Origin: Bigelowiella natans CCMP2755
Lineage: Eukaryota > Protista > Cercozoa
Assembly: GCA_000320545.1 (NCBI GenBank)
Contig: ADNK01000910.1
Coordinates: 33,735 to 97,734 of the forward strand
DNA length: 64,000 bases
Reading direction: 5' to 3'
A program made the position numbers and the translations under genes. This document shows, piece after piece, positions 1 to 13,667 of the stretch. The first letter of the stretch is position 1; every line of letters starts with the position of its first letter. The notes under the pieces are model-generated. The model was given only the letters and a program-made list of their open reading frames with translations. It ran no database searches and was not told where the DNA came from.

Positions 1-821
1 GTCTTCTTCGATATCGAGGTGAGGTGTTGTTCCCCACCCCCCGAACCTGGATGTCCCCACGTGCACGGGGCGGGGGGGGGGCTGTGTTGATTCCAAGCTG
101 CTAATTCGATGCTATTTGTGTAGATTCAGCACCGGAAGGCCGGCCGAATCGTGATGGAGCTCTACAGTGACATAGTGCCGAAGACTGGTATGAACGATTA
201 CGATGATGACGATGACGCCCATGATAATTGGTGCTGCCATTCCCTCAATCCTGATGAACCTTTATTTATCCCGTTTTCAAGCCGAGAATTTCCGGGCGCT
301 GTGCACCGGTGAGAGGGGCTTAGGGCCATCAGGAAAGCGCTTGCACTTCAAGGTAGCTGGATTTAGTGTGACTGCTGGTTTACCTCTGTTGATGGAAGAC
401 AGATATGGTAACTGATCTATCCTGCCCCTATCCTCTTCAGGGCTGCAAGTTTCACCGCATAATTCGAAAGGTTGGCAGGGCACCATGCATACTCATTTTT
501 TTTTAAACACTCGTTCGCTCTTTCTTCTGCGTTGGTGGAATCGACATTACAGAGGTAAGTTTCTTGTGACTTGGTATTCGTTCAGTTTATGATCCAGGGA
601 GGAGATTTTACGCGCGGAAACGGTATGGAGATATTAGCTAGGGTAGTATTTTTCGATGATGACGACGAAGAATAAGTCTACATGATGTTGTTGTTGATCA
701 TGGTGATGATAATCATCATGCTACTTCTTTAAAGGCACCGGTGGAGAGTCTATTTACGGAAGAAAATTCAAAGATGAGAACTTCCTCCTAAGTCACGATA
801 AGCCTGGTCTCTTGTCCATGG

Positions 822-855
<34 letters not shown>

Positions 856-1393
856 CTCATATACCTCCTCTAACTCGCACACCATCTTCGTTATCGATAC
901 AACATACGATTTGACACCTGAGTGTTGAATAATCAGCAAATTCTGGTAAGAACACGAACGGTTCCCAGTTCTTCATCACAACGGTAGAGTGGCTGCTGCT
1001 CTGTGGGCGACGCGCATGATCTACCTTGCAAGACAGCCGTTTCTAATCACATTCCAGGGTGGGTATAATTCCTCGCACTCCTTCGCCATGAATATCCGTA
1101 TGTAGGTTGCAACCCCCCACTTGAATGGAAAGCACGTTGTATTCGGAGAAGTTGTGGAAGGGTTCTCCGTGGTTAAGAAGATCGAAGGATGCGCCTCAGG
1201 AGATCGCAAAGGGTGAGAAGGGGGGGGGGGGGGGGGGGGGGTTAGTTGACGGGAGGAGAAAGAGGACGGGGAAGGCGGTGGAGAGGAAAGAACTATCTAG
1301 CCCAATTGTCACTTTCTGGCACAGAGGAGAGAACTATCTAGCCCAATTTTCACTTTCTGGTACAATTACCATTATGTGTTATGTGAGATGTGT

Positions 1394-1432
<39 letters not shown>

Positions 1433-1752
1433 TACACCAAGATACTCTGTTCGCATTGCAACCTGCGGGCAGCTTAAGAAAAAGAAGAAAAAGCGCTCAC
1501 TCGAAGAGGGCACTGGGGAGGGGGCAAAGAAAGCCAAAACTACCGAGGTGCGAAAGGAGAAGTCGAAGACTCCCAGGTTGCCCCTCCACCCCCGTTCTCC
1601 ATGATGGATTTGAAAGCGCACATATATAAATATTGTGGGTATCAATTTACTTGCAAAATATACACATATCATCGTCATAAGGATCTGGTTTTTCCAAAGC
1701 TCTTTTACGAGTGCTTTCATCGGCCATGCCACTTGATTCACAAATGCCCTTA

Positions 1753-1798
<46 letters not shown>

Positions 1799-2821
1799 GT
1801 GTGTGTGTGTGTGTGTGTACGTGTGCAGCCATAACCATCCTTTGTATCTGTCCTCTAGGGTGTACTTTGACATGACAATTGGAGGGAGAAGAAAAGGCCG
1901 CATCATCTTCAAGCTGGTAGCGATGACGAGAAATGATTAACTAATGAAATATGAGAGTCAATGCGGTCGTCGTTTGAGAGACTCGGATGCGGTATTATTC
2001 TTATTGCGCAGTACTATGACATTACTCCGAAAACGTGCGAAAATTTCCGTGCTTTATGTACTGGGGAGAAAGGTGTTGGGACGGCAGGTGTTCCTCTTCA
2101 TTATAAGGTTATTGTTGTTGTTGTTGTTGATGATGATGTTGGTGGTGAGAATGGGGATTCGAAACGGAGATCACCAAATGTACTTATCGGCTGCCGATGT
2201 AATCACACTCTCGATCTTGTCTCAGCATCACCACTACCATCACCATCATCACCATCACCATCACCATCACATCGCTATCACCAGGGTAGTAAGTTCCACC
2301 GGGTAATCAAGGACTTCATGTGTCAGGGAGGCGATTTTACCAAACACAACGGTACTAGTGCTGCAGAATGATGAGGAAGATGCGCTGCTGCTGCGCTACT
2401 GGTGTACAAAAAAGCAATTGTTTACAATTTCCTACTCTCAGGGACAGGGGGGGAGTCAATCTATGGAGGCCGTTTCGAAGACGAAAACTTTGAGATCAAG
2501 CACACGAAGCCAGGGCTGCTTTCTATGGCAAATGCCGGTTGGCCATATAACTGAGCATAAGCTGTTGGCCGCATGAACCGTCACAACCTGCGTGCGTTTG
2601 ACCCAATTACATTTCTTCTTCTTCTTCTTCTTCTTCTTCTTCTTCTTCTTCTTTTAGGGAAAAATACCAACGGATCTCAGTTTTTCATCACGACTGCTAA
2701 GACTGATTGGCTAGATGGTAGCATTAATCCCATCTGGCCCTTCTTTTAGCTTGAATAAGAATTTGCACCAACAGAAACGCCCGCAACGTATCTTATGTAT
2801 AGTCATGACCGCAAGATACGT

Positions 2822-2869
<48 letters not shown>

Positions 2870-3087
2870 CGTGGCGGTTATCGCACCACCATGATCGCTA
2901 TCATCATCATCATCATCATCAATGTAATCAGCGTCACCATCATTTCTGTTCTACTGCTGCTACTGCTGGTTGTGCTTTATACGTAAACAGGGAAGCATGT
3001 TGTCTTCGGGGAGGTGGAAAAGGGAATGGAGGTACTTGTATGTAGGAGGAGGAGGGATCATGAAGATAAGAATCCCTCTCACACACG

Positions 3088-3147
<60 letters not shown>

Positions 3148-3839
3148 CAGAGAAAAGAAGGGAGGGGGGGATGGAGAAATAATACTCTGTTATTAGGGCG
3201 GTTCTAATCTCTGACATTTCATTTTACCTCCCCCCCCACCCCCTCCCTTTCCCTGTTGATTCTGTATGTAAGATTGTCCGGGAAATGGAGTATCAATCAG
3301 TGGGCAAGAAGAATCGGTCATTATCATTATCATTATCATCATCATCATCATCATCACCACCACCATCACCATTATCGTCATCATAATCATCATGGAATTC
3401 CTGCTTGCCGTCCCTTGGTTCTGACATCAATGGTGTCCGTGGTTCTTTGACTGTTGTGTTTTTTTAATGTACAAAGACCGGAGAAGGATATCGTCATCAG
3501 AGGTGCGCGACCCAATGGCGTGATTGTAGTAAAAAAAAAGAGTACATCAACGTAAACGACATCCCAAAGCTGTAAGCATCAGCATCAGCATCATACCTGT
3601 GCATTTCCGTAGGAAAAGTAAGGCTTTTGAGAAGAGATATCCAAATATAGACACGTATCTCTGAGACATCATTCATTTGCTTACATTCCCGTGCTCCGTA
3701 AACTTGTTTTGCTCCCTCGCGCACGCTTCCCATTCGTTCTCCCTTAGATTGTGGCGAAATGCCGGATCGTGAGCTGACTACCGAAGAGAAGACCATTCTG
3801 AAGAAGGAAGATGATGACGACTTTGATATCTTCGCATAA
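1..3839 (+). CDS. Two-domain cyclophilin-type peptidyl-prolyl cis-trans isomerase (5' end outside window; multi-exon)
   Basis: Exons joined at GT-AG give domain 1 ([90 protein letters not shown]), then a Lys-rich linker (KKKKKKRS), then domain 2 ([73 protein letters not shown]). Acidic tail ends [10 protein letters not shown] with TAA at 3837-3839. Confidence 0.93.
1290..1364 (+). repeat. Intronic near-perfect direct duplication (~34 bp x2)
   Basis: gaactatctagcccaatt(g/t)tcactttctgg(c/t)aca occurs twice, a few bases apart, inside a cyclophilin intron. Confidence 0.8.
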
Positions 3840-4701
3840 ACGCCACAGCTTAGCGTAGGACTAACTTCCATAATGATATCTATCAGATGAAAACTATATT
3901 GCGCTAGTGCAATATCATTGTTGGTCATATTATCATTATGCGCATATACCTGATGTATGTCGTATATCACTGCGTCGCTACATCGCGGTCGCATTCACCG
4001 AAGCAGAAAATAATATATTGTATGTGTCGCTACTGCCTTGTCCTAACTAGCTAATCATACGCACTACTGCGCGATCTAGCGATTGTATGACCACACCACG
4101 CAATTTTACTTATGAGTTGCTAAATAATCGCTAGATCGTTGTTATTGCGGGCTGCCACTAACTAGCTTAGTAAACATACTAAAAATGCTGGTGCATGTTG
4201 CGTTGCATCTGCACACTCATCAACCACGTGTAACGTAATAATCTAAAAATCATGCATTTAATCGCGCGCGCACGCAACTTTCGTGTTCGCATAATCGTAT
4301 ATCTTGAAAGCATGGATATATGTTGCCCTGAAAGCGGAGCCATCGTGCATGTGCACGACAATGTGACGCGCGCTTCATGTGCAGCACATAGTTGTTGCAA
4401 GAGCGAAAGTGCACACACACGCACACACACACACACGAACACTTGCCAGCCACGCTAAGCAAGTCTGCTACACGCGTACGATTTGCTACGGATTATTATC
4501 ATTGCCATTATCATGCATCATGTAAAAAATATTACATTAGAGTGACATAACTGAAGCATAGAAAATGCTTCGATTTGCAGTGATTTCAAATTTCTACGCT
4601 GAAGACGTGCACCGTGTACAACTTCATACGTCTACGACTATCAACGATGCACAGTGTATGCAATTGATGCCCTTGCATGGCCATAGATTCACACACGAAC
4701 T

Positions 4702-5691
4702 CTACCACAGTGCGCGATAAAAATCATCGCAGAATTTGTAGTACCTGGATCGATAATTATATGATAACGACGTTAAATTATATGAATATAGACCCTCCTC
4801 CTCCCAAGGAGGGAGGACGAGGAAAAAAGAGTGAAGTTGCAACCCGAAATCTACTTCGCGCTGACGCACGGAGAACGATTAGTTGAATAGTAGAGAACAT
4901 ACCAGTCGTAATCGACAGTGCCCATGAAGAAGTTACAGCTGAAATTTCCTGATTCACGGCAGAGACGTTATATTCAATCACGATCACAATTGCAACAACA
5001 CCTTTACGATGTCGAAAGATGAAAACCCCCCCCCAAAAAAACCCGCAGTGCTGTTGATCTATCCTTGACCTCATGACAACTCAATATGCTAAGGAGATAC
5101 TTTCTCTTACTATCACTTCTCTTCGTCTCCATCATCATCTTCTTCTTCTTACTACCAACCTTCGAGGAGAAGGATTCCGTGCTTTTCTGTCATGGCCACA
5201 TCCCACCCAACCTGTCATCATATACAATACACAAACCGCCATATGAAAAGCAAGTGATCGGAGGAAAAGACGTGGTCAGCGAGTAGCCGCATCTTAGCAT
5301 ATTATTCCCATCACCACCACCATTATCAGCGACGACAACAAGAAGAACAACAATGACAATGAAGCAGCAGCAGCGAAGTGTCGTCGTCCGCTGTACCAAC
5401 GGCACTCCTGGGACCAGCTCGCTATGCGCCCTCTCGGCGACGTCGAGGATCTTTTTGATCTCCGGAAGCACCTGAGTTGTTGTTGTTGTTGTTGGTAGTG
5501 GTGGTGGTGGGTTGGGCGAAAAAAAAGAAGAAGAAAAAGGGAAAGAAAATGAGAAAGAAGAATAAGGAGAGGTGATATTAGCATCACCCAGCTTCAACTA
5601 CGGCAGATTGAAGCTAAGTTATGGCAGTTTACACGCGCATACTATTGAACCCCACGCCCCACTATTACTGTAACCTAGTCAGAAGCTGAAC

Positions 5692-5732
<41 letters not shown>

Positions 5733-6411
5733 CAGATGATATACGCATAATTGCTGTGATTCGGACATACCTTCCCTGTAACAGCCACGCCGGTGTCAGG
5801 ATGATGCAGATAGCGGAGGTCCTTCGTTAAATAAACACTATGTCGGTTCTGGGCTGACGAACGCCACCATCTCATCACAACGCCAGTGATAAATACGAAT
5901 GCATGCATGGTAGTAGAAGAAGGAGAAGGAGGGTTGGGAGGGGAGGATACTGGCAGGGACAAAACCGCCGTACATACTATTATGCGCAACGCTCGTGTTC
6001 CGCCACATCTCAGCAGCAGCAGCAGCAGCCCCGCCATAGGTCAAAAGTCGCATGGTACATTGTGCTGCTGCGTGCTCTCCTGCGCTTTTCTCCACCATCA
6101 CTCGCACAATGAACATGTGTACAAAATGCGCTTTACTTGCTACGACTACCTGTGTCCAAGATGTGGTGAGAATTTTAGACCCTCCAAGTTGATACCTTGG
6201 GAAGATGATAACAAGAAGAAGAAGAAGAAGAAGAAGGAGAAGGAGGAGAAGGAAAGCAATTAGAACGGCGAGCAACAGCAGTAGCAGATGAGCGGTCAGG
6301 CGATTCAAGTATCAAAAGGAATTGAATATGAGCAGTGAGGCGATTCAACTATCAGGAGGAATTGAATTGGAAGCCACCCTCCTCGTTCTATACAAAGTAA
6401 CGCAAGTGATC

Positions 6412-6454
<43 letters not shown>

Positions 6455-7106
6455 AATATCTAATATGCAGCTTTTCGTAGTGTACCAGTGCTGGTTTGTT
6501 GTGCCTCTTAGAATCTGCCAGAGCAAAAGAGATGGATGAGGGCAGGAAGAAGAAGAAGAAGAAAGCAGTGGAAAGCAACACTCTTGCTACTCCTCGCTGC
6601 GTGTGTGTAGCTAACATGCTCCGAGATGGTGTTTCTAAGGGATCTTTCCCCCAACAAAGCGGAGAGCGGAGATCTCTAGCGTATTCTTCGCCACAATATC
6701 GTTTGTTGGCTGTGAGTGCTGCCTTCGTCTTTCGGTCGTATTGACTCAATCATCCACTCATTCATTCGTTCATTCGATCACTGCTGCTATCGAGGAAACG
6801 CCCACCTTTCCGCTGTCCTGCTGTACGTCAAACAGCACCGAATTATGGTCTGTCGCCGCTCCTGAACGCCCTAAGATTTTGTCGTTATTTTGTTTATCAT
6901 CATGCACAGCAGACAGTGCTGTTGATGAGACTCTTGACCCTAACTCTTTTCACACAATACTAAGAGTTCCTCCGGCTGCTAGGTTTGGGAAATAAATATA
7001 TATACTTCCGAATACAGACACCACGCAATCGCACGCCACGGGGTGTGTGTGCAATGCCTCAATACGAGGAGAGCAGCGTCTTAACACATGCATTATAACA
7101 ACTACC

Positions 7107-7139
<33 letters not shown>

Positions 7140-8869
7140 ATAATAATAATACAACATTAATTAATACAACTAGACATCGACGCAACGGAGCAGGCATCAT
7201 CGTTCGAATCTCACACAGGTGCTTGTGTGCTTTCTTCATTTCCCTGAAATCAGTAGTGGTAGGTGTACCTGCTCTCCACACAACCGTGAGAGTCTTCACC
7301 GTGGATGACGTGTTCTTCTTCCTTTGCTTTGCCTTGCTCTCGTTGTTGGTTCTACCCCCCCCCACCTGCTCCTTGCCCGTTGTCGCGTTGGAGGTGCCGC
7401 TACGTCTCCGGGGCAGTCCCTCAAGCCCGTGGGTCGACGCCTGCATGCGTGGACGACGTTGTGGTCATGACGGGGGAGAAGAAGAGGAGGGGGGGAGGGA
7501 GAGGGAGAGAAGGAGGGGGAGAAGAAGGTGTGAGAATGAGACTTCTTAGATGCACGTTGCTGGTTAGCCGCGACAGCTCGACATACTACAAACATGCACG
7601 CACGCGCGCGCGCGCGCGCGCACACACACACACACACACACATATATTGGCACGATCCTTTACCGTAAGTACTCGGAAGGTGGAAAGAGGGGCGTTTGTC
7701 GGAAGAAGTTTCCTTATGGTGCCTGTGTGGAGGAGCAGTAGAGAGGTAAGAGTAGTGGTCGCGACAGTGGCATTAAATCCGTGCAGCTGAGGTGCTGTCA
7801 TGGAATGCTATTGTGACAGTATTGCTGACGGTGATATATGATGTGCGGAGATGATGGTGATGACCGACCGACCGTGTTGTTATCATTATTATATTGTTAT
7901 TATTATGCTAGATCCACACAGCAGCTGTGATGCTGAAATCTCGTAAAACAACGGCGACTAGTTGTTAAATCACCGATACTAGAAGACCGCGTGATCTCTT
8001 AGTGTTTCTCTCACTATTCCCTGCTACTACCACTACTACTACCACTATTTCTCCTCCCCCTCCTCCTCCTCCTACTACTATTACTATGATTTCGCAGCGA
8101 CGGTTGAATAATCCAATTCCCTGGATAATAACAAACCATCGGCAAGTTGGACGAAACAATTTGCACAGAAAATCCATCGGAAAGATTTGTAATAAGAAGC
8201 GTATGGTAGACACTGTACACGCTCGCAGCTGTGCATGAGAGCTCATGATAATAAGGCCTACCGCCAGCGGTGACGTTCTTGTAGCGATAGAAGCCTAGAC
8301 CCTGGAGTTTTAAATGGGGAGGGGGGACGGAGCTCGGGTTATGCACAATAGCTACTCTCCGACTTTATGAACGTAAAAATATGAAAAATACGCATGTAAA
8401 CATATTTTTGATGAGTTGCGTCTGCTAGTAATATGCACAACTATGAACCACCACGACCGCCATCGTCATCGTCATCGTCGTTATCGTCGTCGTCGTCGTC
8501 ATCATCATCATCATCATCATGTACTAATGATGGACGTACCCCCTCTTCGTTCTTGTGCTTCACCACCATCATTCTAGTCGGAAGATCAATAGAAATTACG
8601 CGTTGAAGAAGATACAGACACCAGCAACAATATAGTACGGTGCGTGAGTTGCGAGCGTGTGTGGACTTAAAAAAAAACTAAAAACATAATCGTGCAGTTG
8701 ATTGGTTGCACTCACGCATCATCTAGCCACGGTGTGACTGGGATCTGCATCGTGAATATGAAACAAAGCAAAACCAACAAAAGCAAATAGCTCAGAGCTT
8801 TGCTGATAATAACGAGCATAGGGCCAAGGCACTCAAATAATACAGCAGCAGGGTGTGCATGAGAATCAA

Positions 8870-8914
<45 letters not shown>

Positions 8915-10111
8915 CGTCTGTGTTCTTTTCTGTGGTTTATCATCTCTATTCAGTAGGGTTTCGAATACAACGACAAGAGGAGGAGGAGGGTGAAGGGGGG
9001 GGGGGAGGATAGGTCCCCACAGCTACAACATCAACTGCCTACGACGACCCCTTCTTCTTTCGCGCGTTGAAGGAATCTCCACTTATCTTCAAGCAAGTAC
9101 CCTTTGTCCTTCGTCTGTGCAACGACAAAGAAAACACCGCCCAATCGACAAGAAGAAGAAGAAGAAGAAGAAGAAGAAGAAGAAGAAGAAGAACCAGCAC
9201 ATGGTCATATAGAAGGAGAGTCAATGCGCTCCTAGACGCCACGACCGTCCTCGTTCATGCCATTTTCACGCAACATCAACCTTGCGATTTCACCTTTACT
9301 AACAATGCATTGGGTAGTGTCTATAGAGGCCGTCATCAACAAGGAACAGCTTCCTCCCTTCTACGGACTGCGTAATGACACTGCTGCTACTACCCGGAGG
9401 AAATGCAGTGCCGCGAGGCGACAATTCAGTCTCCAAAGCGAGAACCAATCCGTCGGTCGCAACAGGAGGCTGGCAAAGCTGCGAAGTTGATCAAATAATA
9501 ATAGCAATCATCATCATCACCATCCTCATCATTATCATCATCATAATAACAACATATTTAGTATCAATGATGAGGTTGGCAAAAGGAGCGTTAGAAATGC
9601 AATATTTTGAGATCAGCATCTGCGGCCCATAGTGACCGATTAGCAGCCCTTTGTGTGTGTGTTTGTGTGTGAGTGAAATTTGCAAAAGCTCTTTTTGTAC
9701 TACTACAACACCGCCAGTATACACGTGTTGTCGCAAGAGAAAAAGATCTTCTGATTGATCAATTAACCGTTGCCATTCATTCGTTTTTCAATTTCCAGAT
9801 TGTCTCGCTATCTACCTTTTCCCAAGAGATGGCTCGCTTCCTGCCGCCCCCCGTATCGCTCCGAGAAGGGCCACGATAGGATATCTTTGTAAGTAGTGCT
9901 TAGATTGATTTCTGTAAGCTCTTCGTAATCATTATGGCAAGAATCAACGCCGCTTAGGGGGGGGGGACCTCTACACTTTTTTCAAATTAGCTAGCATTTG
10001 ACGATAAGAGTCGCTATAAGAGAGAACAAAGGATTCGTCTTCAAATCGTCAGCATCTTGCTATGGCATGTTGTTGCATAACCTCTTTCGATGCGGTTGCT
10101 CCGCACATCAT

Positions 10112-10155
<44 letters not shown>

Positions 10156-10687
10156 GGTGACATTTAAGGGAAAGAGTAATTGTCTTACATAATGACAATG
10201 ACGCCCAAGGTGGCCACAGAACTACGACTGAAAAGTGACAATGGAACCTTGGTAATCAAATATCAAAGAAGAACAGAAGAAGAATAAGAAGAAGAGGTCG
10301 CATTCAATGCAAGATCACACACCAACAATTTACAAATCCCTGAACATACGCGGCATGGAACTAAATGCGTCGAGCTGTTTTCATACTCATCATTGATCTG
10401 CTCTCTCGCACTATTATCATGATGTATTATTAGTATTATTATTATTACCCCTGTTCCTGGAATCGCCACGTTACGTAGGTTGAGAATCATATCCCGCTAC
10501 ATGCAAAATAACACAGAACACATATCACTTTTGCATCGTTGCACACCGCCCTCTCGCAGCAGCCCACCCCCTGCTATCCTACTACCACCTGAAAGCTCTC
10601 ATGGCGATAATGTCTTTTGTCCCAAAGATACAAAACCGTGGCCAGTGATGCGAGGTGCACACGGATCCTTACCCTGCAATGCGAATG

Positions 10688-10731
<44 letters not shown>

Positions 10732-11414
10732 CGGGGGGGGGGGGGCAGGATGAAAGTACGGAGAATCAACACATGGGATAAATCGTCACCATTCCTTGCC
10801 CTTGAAGGAAAAGGAGGGGGCTCCCTCGTAGGGGTTCCTTGGATCCGAGAAATACCTAATCACACCGCCATTATTGCAGCGATGGAGATTCAGAAGAAAA
10901 GCATTTAGTGTGTGCGAGCCATCTATCTCATGCTTGATCGTAGAATCGTTCTAGCAGAATTTCAGTATCAACGACTGAGCGGAAGAAGGGCAAATCTGAG
11001 AGAAGGAGAATATTTAGAGAAAGAGAATATGGGCCGAGGACTACCAGAGAGTTTTGTAGAAGACGACTAACGTTCGGAGTAATTCCGGCACAGGAGGGAT
11101 TCCTGTAAATTTAAGCTTTTGTGATTTATGAAGGGCGACTACCATACATTTTATAGTATCACATCATTCCCAGACATATAACGAAGCAAGAGGCCTTTTA
11201 ATTTAAAATGATGACCTAGGAAGTACAGGATCGAGAGCACGGGCATGCAAACCACAACGCCGGGAACTACGCAGAACTGATAGGAAAGAATTATTAGTTT
11301 TTGCAGCCCGTTGAGGGACTGTGATCTCCCTTCTGCCCCCTCCCTTCCTCTTACCAAGACGGTTGCGATGGTAGCCATGGCCATCGCCCACGACATAGGA
11401 TCGAGGCCGATCAT
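4702..11414 (-). CDS. Membrane-anchored ATP-grasp protein, sugar-transfer-associated (ATPgrasp_ST-like) family; multi-exon
   Basis: Spliced peptide has N-terminal hydrophobic segments (MIGLDPMSWAMAMATIATVLV..), then LYLWDKRHY, NLRNVAIPGTGVPLS, LLRPTDWFSLWRLNC, YLLEDKWRFL, VVKHKNEEGGLG, WIIQ, LLPTNAPLSTFRVLT, RAGRSGAATDHNSVLFDV, HHPDTG and AHSELVPGVPLVGWDVAMTEKHGILLLEGNFSCNFF. HPDTG..GWDVA..LLEGN is the typical ATPgrasp_ST C-terminus. Last exon YYKFCDDFYRALW*. Confidence 0.8.
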
Positions 11415-12675
11415 ATGTGCTCGCCTGGCCGAAGGGGGGTTATCAAGAGTGCCACAGCTTCTCTTAGCGAAAAGTTTCTCTCCGTGACGTTTCTGAAAAA
11501 GGAATAGTTTTTAAGATATTATCACCATAAAAATGTCCCTGATAAAAACTGCAAGAAACTATGCAGTATAAATCATGTCTCGTCCGCAGCGTTTGCCAAG
11601 GATCATGGGCTAATATCTCGGCGATATATCCAACTTTATTTGTCCGAGATAAAACCAGAAATCAGGCCTAGAAAAATCCCTAAAAACTTCCTTGTACATG
11701 AAACAAGGATAAAATTTACGAGAAAAATGTCTTAAATAAGATCGCATTGTCAAGAGAAATTGCAATACTGAGAATATCTTATAATATTTATCTATTTCGA
11801 TAAGAATGGAGATCATATCAGGCCAAGAAGTCCAGTAAGGTTTGTGGGGCTGGGGTGAGGGGGGGGGGGGGGGGGGCACATAGATATACAGCGGTTTAAT
11901 CATTCAGAAAGGGTGGTTGGGGCAATAATAATAATCCCAGTAGTTGGATTTGAAAACAGTTTACTGGGAAAGTAAGTAGTATAGGGAACAGCGCGTGCAA
12001 TTCGCTCGTGCATGAGCACGGGCATTTACATTACACGCTCTCATCCGTGGATGTCCCCGTAGGATGTGGGGAGCCACCCGCGGCGGGTCTTTCTTCCTCG
12101 AAGCGAATTCCCTAGGTTTGGCACTTTGGTCGCCAGCAGCAGCCCGGCCTTCTCTCTCTTGGCGAACCTAGCAGGTGTTTGTCGCAGCACTTCGCTTTTG
12201 ATTCGAATAAAGTTATCCGAACATCTTCTGACGGCAGCTGCCACCCTTTTCTTATCTATCGGCAGCAACGGCAGCGGAAGTCATCTGCTTTAGTTACAGA
12301 GGGCTCGGATTCGCGATGAGCAGCTGGTGCACGTATCGTGGTGTTATGGTGTGTATCATTTGATCATCACAGCGGAATAGAGCATGGACTCGCTGCGAAC
12401 GACTTTTGTGTGCGTCTCTGAATTGCTGACATTGTCTTGATAATCTGTTAGGTGGGTCTTGTGGTACTGCTGGCAGTGAACACGATTCATGTACGACAAA
12501 ACATACATAGAAGCAGAAGGATAGCAGCGAAGTAGAGGGGGTGTAGAAACGAGCCGAACTCTACGCATGCACATGTAGATATGCACGTATTGAGATGATA
12601 AAATTGTAGCATTACGAGGCAAACGAGAAGCGAAGCAAGAACGCAAGAATGTATTTATAATTTCTGCTCTAAAAG

Positions 12676-13632
12676 GTTAACAAGCGCCATTCCGACCGAA
12701 TATGGGACGATGCACGCCTACCGCACTCTGCAAGACCACAGCAGAATCTCTTCACAAAGCGAACAGCCAACACGAGGTAATAATACCAAAAAAGACTTCG
12801 GCACGAATGCGATAGAAGGGATGGGTGGTTGTGCCACGATCACTGATACATCTTCACTAAACTTCATCTTTAACCAACACACAACAGCTTTCTCAAATCT
12901 TCTCATGAAAACGCCTACCACTACCTACCGAGCGCTGCCAAAATCGAGAAATTGTCTTCGTCGCCGACAAACTTGTCAAGATTTGGGGGCGGGGAAGAGC
13001 AAACTTCTGATTCTGTACCATACGAGGTTGGAGAACTTCGTAGCAGAGAAGGAACAGAGCAGGGCAAAGATGACATCGGAAACAGCACAAGCACGGGTGA
13101 CGCCTCGCTCGACGATGGAGAAAGTGGACGAAATGGGAGGAGGAGGAGAGATAATAACAAGGAGAAAGGAAGCAGGACAAGCAACAATGTGCTGATTAAC
13201 GGGCCTTTCGTCTTAATATCGTCTGACAACAGGGACAGCAGCGGCGGAGATGGTGGCGGGTACTGCTGGGAATCGGTAGTATTATTATCATCATGTACTG
13301 CAGTATTATCATGTGCTGCTTTGGAGATGAATAGTGGAGAGGAGATCATGGCTGTACCCTCTCATATTTTGGCCTCCATAGCTTAATCCTCACGACCACG
13401 TCATTGCACGATGTCTGCCATTCTTGCTGCTGCTGATGGTGGTGGGGAGGGCGGGGGTGCTGCTGCTGCTGATAGTAGTGGTGATTTACAAATCAAACTT
13501 TGAGTAATAACGCTTCTCAACGAACCAATATTTCTGTTTTCTCCTCCGCACTTTTACTATCTACTAATTCCTCCTCGAGTTCTTCCTGTTCCCATCACCA
13601 TCATGATCATTATCATAGCCACCACCACCATT

Positions 13633-13667
<35 letters not shown>

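Noticed and set aside
3290-3320. Possible GC-AG donors (TGG|GCAAGA here and TG|GCAAGA at ~16181)
   Set aside because: In both cases a nearby downstream GT donor gives the correct phase and a sensible peptide.
6296-6370. ~30-bp repeat pair with a short spacer (aggcgattcaa..ggaattgaat), superficially CRISPR-like; also a 12-bp x3 repeat at ~38361-38400
   Set aside because: Only 2-3 imperfect units in eukaryotic intron or 3' DNA, with no cas genes. These are ordinary local duplications.
9480-9650. Apparent exon GLLIGHYGPQ..IIDT requiring a non-canonical AT-AG intron
   Set aside because: The upstream exon ending ..RVYWR (phase-2 GT donor) splices directly and in frame to LLLRPTDWF, so this segment is intronic.
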